Part shown: one piece after another, positions 42,019-57,236 of the stretch
How the letters are laid out: each line of letters starts with the position of its first letter
How positions within the stretch are numbered: the stretch's first letter is position 1
Source: Octopus vulgaris
Lineage: Eukaryota
Length of the DNA stretch: 64,000 nucleotides
Reading direction: 5' to 3'
NCBI GenBank assembly: GCA_951406725.2
Contig: OX597835.1
Span: 19,220,001-19,284,000, forward strand
Notes under the pieces: generated by a model
Databases searched by the model: none
Seen by the model: only the letters and a program-made list of their open reading frames with translations
Told to the model about the DNA's origin: nothing
Position numbers and translations under genes: made by a program

Positions 42019-42226
42019 GGCAGCGAACTGGTAGAACCATTAGCACGGCGGGCGAAGTGCTTAGCGATATTTTGCCCGTTACTACGTTCTGAGTTCAAAC
42101 TCTGCCAACGTCTACTTTATCTTTTCCTCCTTTCGGGTTCAATAAAGTAAGTACCAGTTGAACACTAGGTTCGATGTAATCGACTCATCCCCTCCCCTAA
42201 AATTGCAGCCCTTTTGCCAAAATTTG
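42019..42226 (+). mobile_element. SINE family C, alternative tail
   Basis: ggcagcgaactggtagaa...gagttcaaactc...cccctcccctaaaattgc. Confidence 0.8.
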
Positions 42227-42346
42227 GCATACGTGATTATTCGTGTGTAGAATATGAATGACTGACTAAATGTTTGTGTAATTGTGCTTCCTTCGAGAAA
42301 TATATTTCTGCTATATCTTTAAGCTCTAGACAAACATGTTACATAT

Positions 42347-42768
42347 AGGCACAGGAGTGGCTGTGTGGTAAGTAGCTTGCTAACCAACTACGTGGTTCCG
42401 GGGGTTCAGTCCCACTGCGTGATACCTTGGGCAAGTGTCTTCTACTGTAGCCTCGGGCCGACCAAAGCCTTGTGAGCGGATTTGGTAGACGGAAACTGAA
42501 AGAAGCCCGTCGTATATATGTATATAGATATATATGTATATGTGTGTGTTTGTGTGTCTGTGTTTGTCACCCTAGCATTGCTTGACATCCGATGCTGGTG
42601 TGTTTATGTCCCCGTCACTTAGCGGTTCGGCAAAGAGAGACCGATAGAGTGAGTACTGGGCTTACAAATAATAAGTCCCGGGGTCGAGTTGCTCGACTAA
42701 AAGACGGTGCTCCAGCATGGCCGCAGTCAAATGACTGAAACAAGTAAAAGAGTAAAAGAGTAAAGAGT
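42347..42768 (+). mobile_element. SINE family A, full length
   Basis: AGGCACAGGAGTGGCTGTGTGG...GGTTCAGTCCC...(GTAAAAGA)n. Confidence 0.92.
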
Positions 42769-44586
42769 ATAGCAACGATACAAACTCTGTATAAACCTGA
42801 TCGAGTCGAAAATATGGCAGTTTTACTAGGATTTAAAAGACTGCTTTAGGTTTGCATTAAACCTCTTGAAAATAATGACATCTACGTTAGGACGGCTACT
42901 ATTGTTTCATCGTGAGTGCTGAGTGTTGGTTGAGGTTTTACAATTTGGAACTCACTGTAAGGGCTTCTGGGATAAGCCTTAAATGACACGCGCAAATGTT
43001 ATTAGGACAAATGTTTGTTGGGTAAAGGTTTTTAGATATATCAGACGATATTTTAAATGAAACGAATTCTTCTATAAGTTCTTTTTTAAGGCGGGATTGA
43101 GTCGGTGGACGAGCGAAACTGGAGAATACCTTGTCAGCTGCTGGTAACAAAACAACTGTGCAACGAAGTTGTTCAGTTGAGATATATATTTTCAATGCAT
43201 ATTGAAATACATGTGTCACTGTTAGGATGTGTATCAGATTAGTGACCAAAGTTTTACCGATAAGGAAGAAACATCTTGGAAAACGGTATATAGAACGGAA
43301 ATGAGCAAATTTGTGGCCTGTTGAACTCCGGATTAGACAGAACAGACGGTGCACGGAGTCTTTGAGCTACATGCTTTGTTTTCACGTTCCTCTTGTCTAA
43401 TCAACCAAAACCCATTAACAACAAATTGTTGCACATCCCTCTCATCACCCATCTTTCACATTCGCGATCTTTCGATGCGTCACAGTTGTGTAAGACAAGT
43501 GTTTGTCTATATCTGCTCTTACGCATCTAAAATAATTAGCAAAAGAATTTTGCTTACAGCAACTGCAGCGAGATGCCCCTGGGTAAGAATTTAACTGAAT
43601 CTTTAATGAATAGATCTTATGTGATCACAGAAATCATTTTACATTAAAACAAACAAAAAAACACAACGTGGAATATAGAAATTCAGGAAGAGATTGGAGC
43701 ATAATATGTGACGAATAAAGCTTGCAATTTGTATGTTTGTAGAGATGAAATTCCATGCTGTTGACAAGGCTTCGGTTAACACGCAGTCACTGGAATGATT
43801 TAATATGCAAATGAGGTCTTGAATGTTTTCCAGAGAGTTGATTTAATCAGGCGATATTTAAGCTAATTTCGTACAGGTCAAACAATATCCGAAATATCAG
43901 CAACGATTTGACAGCATTCATAAAAGCCTGTAATAATGTTCTTTTCCGCAATTTTTCTACCGAACGCACAGCAACTTTTCAGTTAACCGCACATGGTTGG
44001 GGAAAATAGAGGTATTTAATGAGAATGTCGTTAACTGTCATTGATGAAATGAATTAAATGAAAATAAAGATTTATTTATTTTTTTTTTCCTTATTTCAGA
44101 GTTAACCCTATCACGCCTATTTTAAGTACTTCATGACGTTTCAGAGAAAAGAAGTAAATCAAATTAAACTTGAATTCATGCAAATGTTTTAGGGTTCTTT
44201 ACGTTTGCTACACTTAACTGCGTGCAGGCAACGTAAATATACATATGCATAAAGACATATTAACACATACACATATCTCACACAGACACACACACACACA
44301 CACATGCACGCACACACTAGCACACACACACGAACACACACGTATATATACATATACATATATATGTGTGTGTATATATGTGTGCATACATATATACATA
44401 TATATGTGTGTGTATATATGTGTGCATACATATATACATATATATGTGTGTGTATATATATTTGTATATGTTTAAATTGATATAGATGCATGTATATATG
44501 TATATATATATGTGTATATACATATGTATATATGTATATGTATGTATATATGTGTATATATATATATACACATATGTATATATATA

Positions 44587-44733
<147 letters not shown>

Positions 44734-45313
44734 ATGTATAGATACACAACACACACAGTACACACATGGATATTGGGGTGTGCAGCTCTGGATAGATCGA
44801 TGTAAGTACGTGTTTACGAGCAAAGGTAATGAGCAATTTCATTTAAATAAGCATACGTACACATACATATATAAGGGAACTTAACCATATATTAGAGAGA
44901 AATAAAAAGGCTTCAGGGCTGCTTAGTTTCGAATAATATACCCCATATACACACACATACATATGTATATATGTTTATGTAATTATATACATATGTGTGC
45001 ATTTACATACGAAAATATAAGAGTTTGGAGATATACATCTATAGACATATGTGTTTACGAATGCATGTGCGTGCATACGTGTGCGTGAAAAATGTTTATT
45101 CTACGAAACAACGGTATACTTTATTTGCATCATAATATAGTACTAAAGAAAACCGGTGTCACTGCTCACAGTAAAATATTGTGCTAAAAGCAACACACGT
45201 GATAGTTTATTCTCGATTTAATGGTTTTTGTTGTTTTTGCATTTCAAGCATATTATATTTGAAGCAATCAAATTATCTTGCAATAGCTGCAGAAAAGTAT
45301 TTTCTTGTAAAAG

Positions 45314-45381
<68 letters not shown>

Positions 45382-45390
<9 letters not shown>

Positions 45391-45558
45391 TTAGAGACAA
45401 AACCACTATTTTGCAAATCAAACAAAGAAAGACTTAATCCAATACATAAAAAAATTTTGATATAAATTAAATAAAATTATATTCGCCACTACAATTGTTT
45501 CATGTCTCTTCTCAGGACATTCATCAGATGGATTTCAGATCTTCGATTCTATTTTAAG

Positions 45559-45560
<2 letters not shown>
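45382..45560 (-). mobile_element. Hammerhead-bearing short repeat (family G), TA-flanked
   Basis: First about 70 bp match both arms of the 50858-51075 palindrome; (TA)n on both sides. Confidence 0.8.
45486..45531 (-). ncRNA. Minimal type I hammerhead ribozyme, fully intact core
   Basis: CCAU-CUGAUGA-AUGUC-CUGAGAAGA-GACAU-GAAAC-AAUU-GUA^GUGG; stem I 4 bp, stem II 5 bp, palindromic ACAAUUGU stem III. Confidence 0.85.
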
Positions 45561-45607
<47 letters not shown>

Positions 45608-45715
45608 TCTACGAACCTTTGTATCAAGATTAGATTATTGCTCAAAAGTTTTGGTCTCGAAAATCATCCAGTTTATAAAAATTGAAGGGTTACAAATAAT
45701 TTCGGTATTACACAC

Positions 45716-45761
<46 letters not shown>

Positions 45762-45765
<4 letters not shown>

Positions 45766-45920
45766 CCACTACACATGTTTTTTCTGTGTCCCTTTCTGTA
45801 GAAGAGCTTAGGCTCGAAACGTAAAAGACTTTTTCTATTCCTGAGCGTTATACTAATACATTTGTTTGTTTTGTACACCACCTGTCTTCGTCTTTTGTTT
45901 ATTTTCTTAAACTTTTCCTT
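45762..45920 (+). mobile_element. Family-E repeat with hammerhead-like motif (CUGUAGA core)
   Basis: CUUU-CUGUAGA-A-GAGC-UUAG-GCUC-GAAAC-GUA^AAAG at 45792-45827. Confidence 0.75.
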
Positions 45921-46614
45921 TATATATATATATATATATATATATAGGTATATACATATTCCTTGTGGTTATCGTGTGAAAGTTTTGCGTCTCTACTCTC
46001 TTAAAAGATTAATAGAGCGACATACTATGATATTCCTATTGAAGCTCCCAGGGGTGCATGTTTCAAACTTCGGCATTAGACAGAATTTTAATTCATCAAC
46101 TGGAAAATAATGTCAATTTTCAAATATACTTCATTCGAAATCTATTTTCCAGTCTCATAATTTGAGGCACACAAAGATTCGACTGCTTATCTAAAGAAAT
46201 AAGAAATGTAAAGGGACTTCAACTAAGACATCCAAAGAAGCATTGGATACACTCTGCTAACGATGATACCGGAACGGCCAAACATCGAAGGATAAACTCA
46301 ACGAAGATCAGCTCCTGCAAAATCAATCAGAAACCAACTTCCAGCCATATTGCAATAACAAAGCTGAAAGAAAATATATTAAGGGGATGCTCAATCATGG
46401 CCGCAGCCCTACGACTGAAATCCCCTAAAGAATAAAATAGAAATAAAAGAAAGACCAAGTTTGTGTAAGTAACCTCACCATAAAAAAGTAACAATATTAA
46501 GTAATGCAAAATTTATTGTTTCTGTGCATATTTTTATGTATAATAAGTATAAAAAGTCTCTGAAGACTCTTCAGAAAATGAAAGAAAATAGGGCTTAAAT
46601 ATAATTTTCATAAG

Positions 46615-47050
46615 AGAGAACACACAAGGACAGACAAACGGATTAAGATGATTATATCGACCCCAGTGCGTAACTGGTACTTATTTAATCGGCGAGCTGG
46701 CAGAAACGTTAGCACACCGGGCGAAATGCGTATCCGTATTTTGTCTGCCATTACGTTCTGAGTTCAAATTCTGCCGAGGTCGACTTTGCCTTTCAGCCTT
46801 TCGGGGTCGATAAATTAAGTACCAGTTACGCACTGGGGTCGATGTAATCGACTTAATCCGTTTGTCTGTCCTTGTTTGTCCTCTCTGTGTTTAGCCCCTT
46901 GTTGGTAGTAAAGAAATAAGTACTTATTTAATCGACCCCGAAAGGATGAAAGCAAAGTCGACCTCGGTGGAATCTGAACTCCGAACGTAGCGGCAGCGAA
47001 ATACCGCTAAGCATTTCGCCCGGCGTGTTAACGATTTTGCCAGCTAGGCG
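46615..47050 (-). mobile_element. SINE family C, host copy split by an antisense C insertion
   Basis: 46615-46690 and 46920-47050 are colinear halves of one C copy. Confidence 0.88.
46691..46919 (+). mobile_element. SINE family C, nested insert
   Basis: 14-bp TSD gtacttatttaatc at 46677-46690 and 46920-46933. Confidence 0.92.
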
Positions 47051-47818
47051 TCTTACGCAAGCACAATAATAACAATGGAACAAGACATCGTAAAATTTAA
47101 CCTGTAGTCAAATGGTTGAATGATTAAGATCATGTACGTTGACTTGAATTCTAGCAAGGCGCAGCAAAGTCGTAATATCACATCGAATCAAGGAGTCTTG
47201 TTCTTCAACACGATACATTGGTTATTGCAATCTTCGTTACGCAGTCTCTGAATGCAAACCTCAGATGAACACGGCTGGGTTCCTCTATATCATAGGTTAA
47301 TTTCATCACGGCTGATTTGAAACTTTACCACCAACAAATAAAGCTTACATATATTTAAAAACATATTTAAAAAATGCTTATATTTTTTCGTATGTTTTGT
47401 TCCATATTCTAATGTATTTCGAATGGAAACACCCTACAATAACGCCACCAACTCTATATACTAGTAACGCTGATAACAGAAGCGTTCGTTCTACATAATG
47501 CTTCATTTTTCTTCCTTGAAGCTAAATTGTAAAGATATATTTACGGTTGCTTTCTTCCACGAATATCACACATGCCAAACTTCTCAAAGATCTACTACTT
47601 CTAACATTTTTACACATGCATATGTATGTATGTATGTATGTATGTAAGTATGTATATGTATACGTATACAGATGTGTATAATAATGCATACATGAATACG
47701 TATGTATATATATATGTATATTCCAACATACATATATGCTCAAACAGATACACGCACACATACACACACACATATATATAAATTATTAAATGCTATATTA
47801 TGTTCTACATGTTCATGA

Positions 47819-47871
<53 letters not shown>

Positions 47872-48579
47872 TGTATGTATGTATATGAATATATATAGAA
47901 ATCACCCTTCATCACAAATATATATATATATATGTATATATGTATATACACATATTATGCTGTGTTATATTATGTATTGTCATGAATAGGTTTGCTTTAA
48001 TATGCATTTGCACATGAAAAATATATGTATGAATAAATATACACATAGACATATGTATTTGTTGATACATACATAAACATACACACATGCACGTAATAAT
48101 GCAGTTGGAATTAATATACACTCGGTATATGTCGTGGGATAAAATGTGGGGCAATGACTATACAAATCCATATACAGATAAAATAAACACTAGAATATTA
48201 CATAAACGCTCTCAGGTGCGTACAACACTCAAGCACCCATTTTGCACACAAAACTTCGGGCCTGTGTATCTATTTCTATCTTTGTTTATTACCAACTCGG
48301 CGTCTGTATGTTTGTGTCAAGGGTGAAAATATAACGATGAAAAAATTGCACATGTATCATATATGTATATATATATATAAATATATGTATGTATGTATAT
48401 GTAAATCTATATATATATGTAGACATACATACGTATATGTATATGTATATATATATATATGCATGTATATTTCTACGTATATATATATAAGTATGTATAT
48501 ATTATTATTATTATTATAATATACATATACATATACATATGTATATATAAATATATTAATATATATATATATATACATA

Positions 48580-48619
<40 letters not shown>

Positions 48620-48897
48620 CATACATTTCCTACGCTATGCTGTCTCCAACAAATTCGGAGAGTAACTTAAACCGGTGACCGGATTTATGAATTTAGATAT
48701 ATGATCAGACAAACGTAAATAACACACACACACACACACACACAGTACACACACACACACACAAACACCCATACACACACATATTTGTGATATATATATA
48801 TATATAAGTTACGCTGTATATGCATAGTTGTATGTGTGTGTGTGTCTGTGTGCTTGTGTGTTCCTTTATGCAGATATATATCCATAGTTATGTGTTT

Positions 48898-48948
<51 letters not shown>

Positions 48949-49133
48949 CATACATATATATATATATATACACACGCACATATATCTACATATATATATA
49001 TACATATATATATATACACACACGCACCAATATATATATACATGTGTATTATATATATATGTGTGTGTGTTTCTATGTTCATGTCAGCATTTATATATAT
49101 ATATATATATATACATATATATTTGTGTTTGTG

Positions 49134-49176
<43 letters not shown>

Positions 49177-49562
49177 GGGTATACATATATGCGTACACAC
49201 TCATACATACATATATACACACACCGCGGGATATACTGTATTCGTGTATGTATACAAATATGAATGTACAATTTACACATACATATACGCGTGTGTTTAT
49301 TTTTGTTTGTTTTCCTGCGAGTGCGTATGTCTAAGTGTATCATAGAAACGTATGTCTGACTTCTTCTAAGATATCAGTAGTGTTCAGTGACGATAAAAAA
49401 AAAATCTACTTGATTCCAAACTTACCAAGCACACAAACCAATGATTCTTCTGTTGGAGAACACGGAAATAATCTATTCTTCCTTTTTTTCTATTATCCAT
49501 ATTCGCTATTCTTCCATCTTTGCAAGGCACACACAACCATGCAAATATATATATATGCATAC

Positions 49563-49623
<61 letters not shown>

Positions 49624-50254
49624 TGGATGGATACATGGATGAATGGATGTATGTAGATATATTTATATAGACATATACATATATAGATATAGATATACAT
49701 ATATACTTGTGTATGTATGTAAATAAAAGCGTCTATGTATTTTTGTTTTTTTTGTAAATTTTTTTATCCTGCCTTCTAATATGTTGTTTTGACAGAAATA
49801 CTTTCCTTCTGATGTCCATTGTTACATCCTGTTACATACGAAATCAGATGTTTCCCGCCTACCAATGCGAATCCAGTTGTCCTTCTTCGCAAGCTGTACT
49901 TCCTGGTTTAATAAAGTGCTACCTACATACATAAACGGACTGATTTATACAACTATACGTACGCACCATATACACACTTCAGGCTCGTATGTCATATATT
50001 ATAATACGCTGAATACCGTGTGATTTTTTGCCTGCGATATTGTTGTCGTCTGTATTATTATTTCCAACGTCGGGGAAAAGAACATAAAATATTGCCGTAG
50101 TTATACACTTGTTACAATCTGCTGCAGTCCATATTAATATATATTTTGCGTAGGGAGCAGACCTGAACTCAGAATGCGAACCACCGTGCTGAAATATAAT
50201 TATTTGTTGTCCAAAAGTGTCAATAGTCATTTCACTTTTCTGTGAATATCGCTC

Positions 50255-50285
<31 letters not shown>

Positions 50286-50305
50286 TGTATGTATGTATGT
50301 ATGTG

Positions 50306-50527
50306 TGGAGGCGCTATGGTCCAGTGATTAGGGCAGCGAACACGCGGTCGTAGGTCTGCGGTTTCGATTCCCAGACCGTGCGTTGTGTGTGTTTATTGAG
50401 CGAAAACACCTAAAGCTCCATGAACTTTAGTGTTGGCGAACCCTGCTGTAATCTTTCACCACAACTTTCTCTCGATCTTTTTTCATGCTTCTGTTGTACT
50501 TATATTTCAGAGGGCCAGGCCTGTCAC
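50306..50527 (+). mobile_element. SINE family B, 3'-truncated
   Basis: B head and body, start of tail 1. Confidence 0.82.
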
Positions 50528-50543
50528 GATATGTATGCGTATG

Positions 50544-50613
<70 letters not shown>

Positions 50614-50644
50614 CTATATATATTATATATAAATATATTGTACC

Positions 50645-50834
50645 GTTGGCGATTTTTTTCCTCTGTCTTCCCTTCTCTGGATCTTTCCTTCTCCTATGTT
50701 TCCGACGAAGAGCTCCGCTCGAAACGTTAAACCCTCCTTCTTTCCTTCTTTCCTGAGCGTCCAATAATACTATATTTGTTCCACGTCGTCCTCGCATTGT
50801 TGTGTTTTTTTGTGCTTTCATGTTTGGATTAACT
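50645..50834 (+). mobile_element. Family-E repeat with hammerhead motif at 50698-50732
   Basis: GUUU-CCGACGA-A-GAGC-UCC-GCUC-GAAAC-GUU^AAAC; TA-flanked. Confidence 0.85.
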
Positions 50835-50857
50835 ATATATATGTATATATATATATA

Positions 50858-51075
50858 TATATAATATTAATTAGAGACAAAACCACTATTTTGTAAAACA
50901 AACAAGGAAAGACTTAATCAATACATAAAATTTTAATAAAAAGTAAAAATAAAAAATAAAAAATAAAAAGTTAAAAAAAGTAAAAAATAAAAAGTAAATA
51001 TATTTTATGTATTGATTAAGTCTTTCCTTGTTTGTTTTACAAAATAGTGGTTTTGTCTCTAATTAATATTATATA
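50858..51075. repeat. Perfect inverted repeat, 73-bp arms (family-G end), A-rich spacer
   Basis: 50858-50930 is the reverse complement of 51003-51075. Confidence 0.92.
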
Positions 51076-52250
51076 ATATTTTACTATAAAATTGGATTTA
51101 ATCCTAAATCTGATTTTTTCACTGTAAATTTGGTTTTATTCCCTAATATTTATTAATATTATATATATATATAGAGAGAGAGAGACATATATATCTGTAT
51201 GTATGTATACTGTAATTTCTATTGTTCAACAGCATTGGTATATTACCAACCTGAATTTTTATGTATGTTTAAGCTACGCACTATTCTAGCCCGTATTTTC
51301 AATGTCTGCAAAATTAATTATTAGCATTCGCCATTGCAATACCTTGTTAATCGCATATTGTACAACGTTACGTAAACCACTTAGCCATCAGATTGGTTAG
51401 ATACATTGGTTAGCTCTTGAATATGTTTATAAGAACATTAATTATAAGCGAAACTGGAGACATATAAAAAATATTTATATAAAGACATGGGAAATAAACA
51501 GAAATTTGTAATAACAATAATATTTGTTATATTTTTAAATATTTCTAGTGGCTTAGAGATACAAAAACAATATATCTAGTATTCAACATCTTTGGCAATG
51601 TTTTGCCACCAGTGAATAATTAAAAAGCAATCTTAATCTCCAACGTAACGTGTAGGTTGTTTTAGAAGACAGAATATTGCGTTATTTATCGTGAAAATAT
51701 CTCTTATATGGACCTGTGTGGCACATAGAAACACATGTAAAGAATGTTTTCGCGTTAATTAATGATATTATTTTTGTCTTTCTCACGCTATGACTTATAC
51801 ATTTAATATCATACACATTAGTGAATATGTAATTTAGTATTATATGTAGAGACATAAACAAAGACACATGCATTCATATAATAATACAATTGGCATTAAT
51901 ATATATATGAGGTATACGTGGTAGGATAATATGAGCGGTAATATGACTCCAGGCTGGTGAACTTGAACGTCGAAAAATGTACTGTAGATGTAAATAAGAA
52001 CATGATAGGTTAGATTTAGTTTCAGGAGCGATTTAAATTTAGCACAAGTATTCTGGTTAGACATATGAGTTGATTCTCAGTTGTTATTTCCGTTTCTGTT
52101 CACACACCCAACAATCTCAGAGAAAATCAAAACTTTTCGGAGTCATCGTATTTACTCCTCAGACTTATAACTACGAAACCTAACAGGGATTTCAACACGA
52201 ATCTTACTTAAAGAATAAAAAACCTACATCTATAAATCTTCAATTCACTG

Positions 52251-52625
52251 AGGCGCAGGCGTGGGTGTGTGGTAAGCTGTTTGCTTCCAAGGCAAATTTT
52301 ACCAGATTTCAGTCCCACTGCGTGAAAATTGGGGCAACTGCTTTCTACAATAGCCTCGGACCGAACTAAGACTTGTGAGTGGATTTGGTGCAGGTAACAA
52401 CTAAAACAATCCCATGTGTGTGTATGTATGTGTGTGAGTGTGCAAGCCTGGTCTGTCTTCCCACCATCGTTTCACAATCGTAGGTTAGCGGTTTAGCAAC
52501 AGAAACCGATAGAATATGTACTAGACTTTAACAGAATTAGTCTATGGGTCTGATTCTTCGACTAAATTCCTTTAAACTGGTGTTCCATCGTCACCGCAGC
52601 CAACATATTGAAACAAGTAAAGGAA
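52251..52625 (+). mobile_element. Diverged SINE family A
   Basis: aggcgcaggcgtgggtgtgtggtaag...ttcagtcccactgcgtg...gaaacaagtaa. Confidence 0.8.
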
Positions 52626-52652
52626 TATAAGAAAAGGATAGAGTATGATACA

Positions 52653-52815
52653 TAGCGGCATATCGTCCATTTTCCTGCTCAGAGTTCAAATTCCGCCGAG
52701 CTCGGCTTTATTTTTCATCATTTGGGGACAAATATATAAATACCAAGAAGGACTGCGATATAATCTCCTTAACCTTTCCCTCAAAAACAGCTGGCACTGT
52801 GCCAAAATTTGAAAC
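52653..52815 (+). mobile_element. Diverged family-C SINE fragment
   Basis: gagttcaaattccgccgag...gtgccaaaatttgaaacc. Confidence 0.65.
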
Positions 52816-53151
52816 CTTTTAACGCGATATGAATTCCGAAACGAACCGAGTTTCTACATATGTATACGTGTTTTATAATTTAATATATACGTACGGAGTT
52901 GTTGCTTTTGTTTTCAGAAAGTGCCCTTCAACGTATTCATTAGTTAATGTTTATTAATTGCATTCATTAATCACAATTACTACTTGATATCTATTAATGT
53001 TTGCAGCTCTTGTGAAAGACTTTAATGTTTTTATATTTTGCTTCCTTGTTTCATGGAATTCTCAAGCAATCCACTTACGTGTTGCATGAAAACAATAACT
53101 ATAAAAACTGTCATATGTATAATTGCATTCGTATTTGTGTATGGATCTAGG

Positions 53152-53189
<38 letters not shown>

Positions 53190-53361
53190 TATATGCGTGT
53201 TATTTATATGTTATTTATATATAATATATATATATATTACATATATGATATATATATATATATATATATACATAATATATAATATATATAATATATATAT
53301 ATATCAAAGATATATATATGTCATATATTTGTATGTATATATATATATATGTAATATATAT

Positions 53362-53400
<39 letters not shown>

Positions 53401-53986
53401 TAGATGTGTATATATATCATATATTTGCACGTATATATATGCATATGTATATAAATATATAAATTATATATATAAGTTTGTATATGTGTATATTTATGTA
53501 TATATATATTCATGTGTGTGTATCTATGTCCACATATTTGTGCATACAAGCAATATGAGTATATACATATCTATGTTTCTCATGTGCGTATATACATATA
53601 CTCACATGCTAATAAAATAATGTATACAAATAATGTATAGTACATAAAAATATCAACAATATCAATGATTCACTTCGAAATCATTCCCAAACAAATGGCG
53701 CCCAGATGAAGCAACTTGCATCTTAAATGTGTAATACAGACAGATATCTAACAATATCTAGTGCTGATGCGTGAAGCTCTATGTATTGTCCAGAGTATCA
53801 TACTCCTGGACAATATTCTTCGTACTGACTCGAAAGAACTTCACTGCCTTTTCCCGCTTGTTTATACATTACTTAATTTTATTTTGAAATATTAAAATGT
53901 GTTGATGTAAAACTGGTGTGTATACGTAATTAATTAGTTTAGGTACTTACGTGTTTGTGATGCGTACTTATTCGGATATAGACTAA

Positions 53987-54510
<524 letters not shown>

Positions 54511-55026
54511 GGACAAGAGGAAGAGCGCGATGCGATTGTAATAGATATTTTATTGGTTGAGTGATATTTCGACAGCAAGCCTGTCATTTGTCGAGTTCCA
54601 AATAAGAAGTGACAAAAATTCAAAATTTTAAGCATGAACGAAAACAGCCAATGTCCACACCTTGATGGAATGTCATCATCAGTATTTAATTTTCAAATTG
54701 ATAACAGGCGAAAAGAAAAAGACAGAAAAATGATGCAAAAAAAGGGGGAAAGAAAAAGAAAAGGTAAAGAAGAATATTCAATAAGTTTTGTATGAATTTG
54801 ATGATATTCTCCAGTCATTTTATTCATTCCTCTAGGGCGTGATGTTAATAACTCGCAAATCTTTCATATCTTGGCATCAGAAGTAGATGGAGATATTACA
54901 CTTTGAACAGAAAAAAAAAACGGCTATTTCAAACCAAAACAAATATTGAAAAGAAACAAATTTGGTCACATTTGGACACGCGACAGTTTAACAGAATAGC
55001 AACGATATATATATATATATATATAG

Positions 55027-55240
55027 GGCGGCAAGCTGGCAGAAACGTTAGCATGCCGGGCGAAATGCGTAGCCGTATTTCGTCGACCGTTACGTTCTGT
55101 GTTCAAATTCCGCCGAGGTCGACTTAGCCTTTCATCCTTTCGGGGTGGATGAATTAAGTACCAGTCACGCACTGGGGTCGATGTAATCGACTTAATCCGT
55201 TTGTCCTCTCAGTGTTTAGCCCCTTGTGGGTAGTAAAGAA

Positions 55241-55243
<3 letters not shown>
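55027..55243 (+). mobile_element. SINE family C monomer
   Basis: Homology to C copies; inserted in (TA)n. Confidence 0.9.
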
Positions 55244-55285
<42 letters not shown>

Positions 55286-55337
55286 TGTGTGTGTGTATGC
55301 GTGTGTGTGTATGTGTGTGTGTGTCTCCGCATGTGTA

Positions 55338-55647
<310 letters not shown>

Positions 55648-56483
55648 CATGTATGTTGTGTATAGTTTGTTGTGCATCAGTTTTGCATGTAAAAAGAAAG
55701 TGTACATAAGTTTACAAAAACAGGAGGCGTACAGACACACAGACATGCAGCTATACTCACATTCACCAGACACAACTCGAAATATATTTATATTTACATA
55801 TCTATTTATCTATCTATCTACCCCTCTTCCTCGCTCACTCTCTCCATATATAGAGGGATGTATATATATATACAGATAGAGATGCATCTATATGTATGTA
55901 TACACACACACACATATATATGTATTCACACATACATATATGCTCACACAGATACCACTTCCATACAGACGTGTGCTCATGAATTTTTCCTTTAATCATA
56001 GAAACAGCATTTCGACTAAGGTCCTGCCAAGCATCTACTGCTTCGTTAAGTGAGATAATATACAGTTCTTAATACGAGTGTTTCACCGCAACGGTAAATT
56101 CTATAATTTGGAACAAAACTTGAAATGTTGGAAAGAATTTTTCAAAGACATTGATCCAACAATGTAGAACATAATTTCACTGGTGCTTCACAACGCGATG
56201 CATTGTTACATGTATTTGGTTAAATAAACTTTATCAAAGAAGATACACACTCACCGCACTGAACATGTCTTATTTGGCTCGCACATCTATGAAGCCGACA
56301 CTTATTTCGTATTTGCGTATATAGAACAGACATCGCTCTTTACAATTTTGCCTTCTGTGTTACTTCCAAGTTATTTGTATATGTATGTATGTATCTATCT
56401 ATCTATCCATCTAGCTATCTATCTATCTAAAATATCTGTTTATCCATACGTACATACATGCATATATACATATATATATATAC

Positions 56484-56544
<61 letters not shown>

Positions 56545-56605
56545 CGTGCGTGTGTGTGTATGCGTGTTTATATTTATATATTTGGATACACATGTATCTA
56601 GAAAT

Positions 56606-56648
<43 letters not shown>

Positions 56649-57183
56649 ACTTTGTAAGGGATAGGAGTGAGCATTGATTACCCTACCGGCACACTACAGG
56701 TATGTAAGCATTTTATGCTCATAAAGACAAGATTAAATATGATTTAAAACTTAAGGAAGGAAGAAAATGGAGAAATATCGATGAGCAACAGCTGACATAG
56801 ATCAATTATTATTTATTAATTCAAAACAAATAGACTGCATCTCATCCAACGGCTGTTTCTACTTCCAATGTTGTATGGTATTGCCATTGATATGCTAAAA
56901 TTATTTATCATATTTGTTAATAAAAACCGATCTGAAACATGGAGCTCCACCAGAGTAAAGAATAAAGAATAATTAAAGGAAAGCATCATAGAGAAGAAAA
57001 AGGGGATTGTTAGATATGGCTGTAATCACACCATTTTGCTTGCGTATTTCTGGGGAAAACGCAAATAAAATGGAATGATTACAATCATATTCAACATTTT
57101 CCCTTTTTCATTATTTCTTTATTCTCACTGTTAGATGATGGATTGCTGTATATTTGTTATATGTATATATATATATGTATATA

Positions 57184-57233
<50 letters not shown>

Positions 57234-57236
57234 TTT

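Noticed and set aside
42938-43354. 138-aa non-repetitive ORF
   Set aside because: Non-ATG start, no recognisable motif or splice signals; length compatible with chance
43548-43588. 23-nt microexon candidate (ttacAG...GTAAGA) and lone acceptor at 44099
   Set aside because: Weak pyrimidine tract or no good donor; such sites are expected by chance in 64 kb
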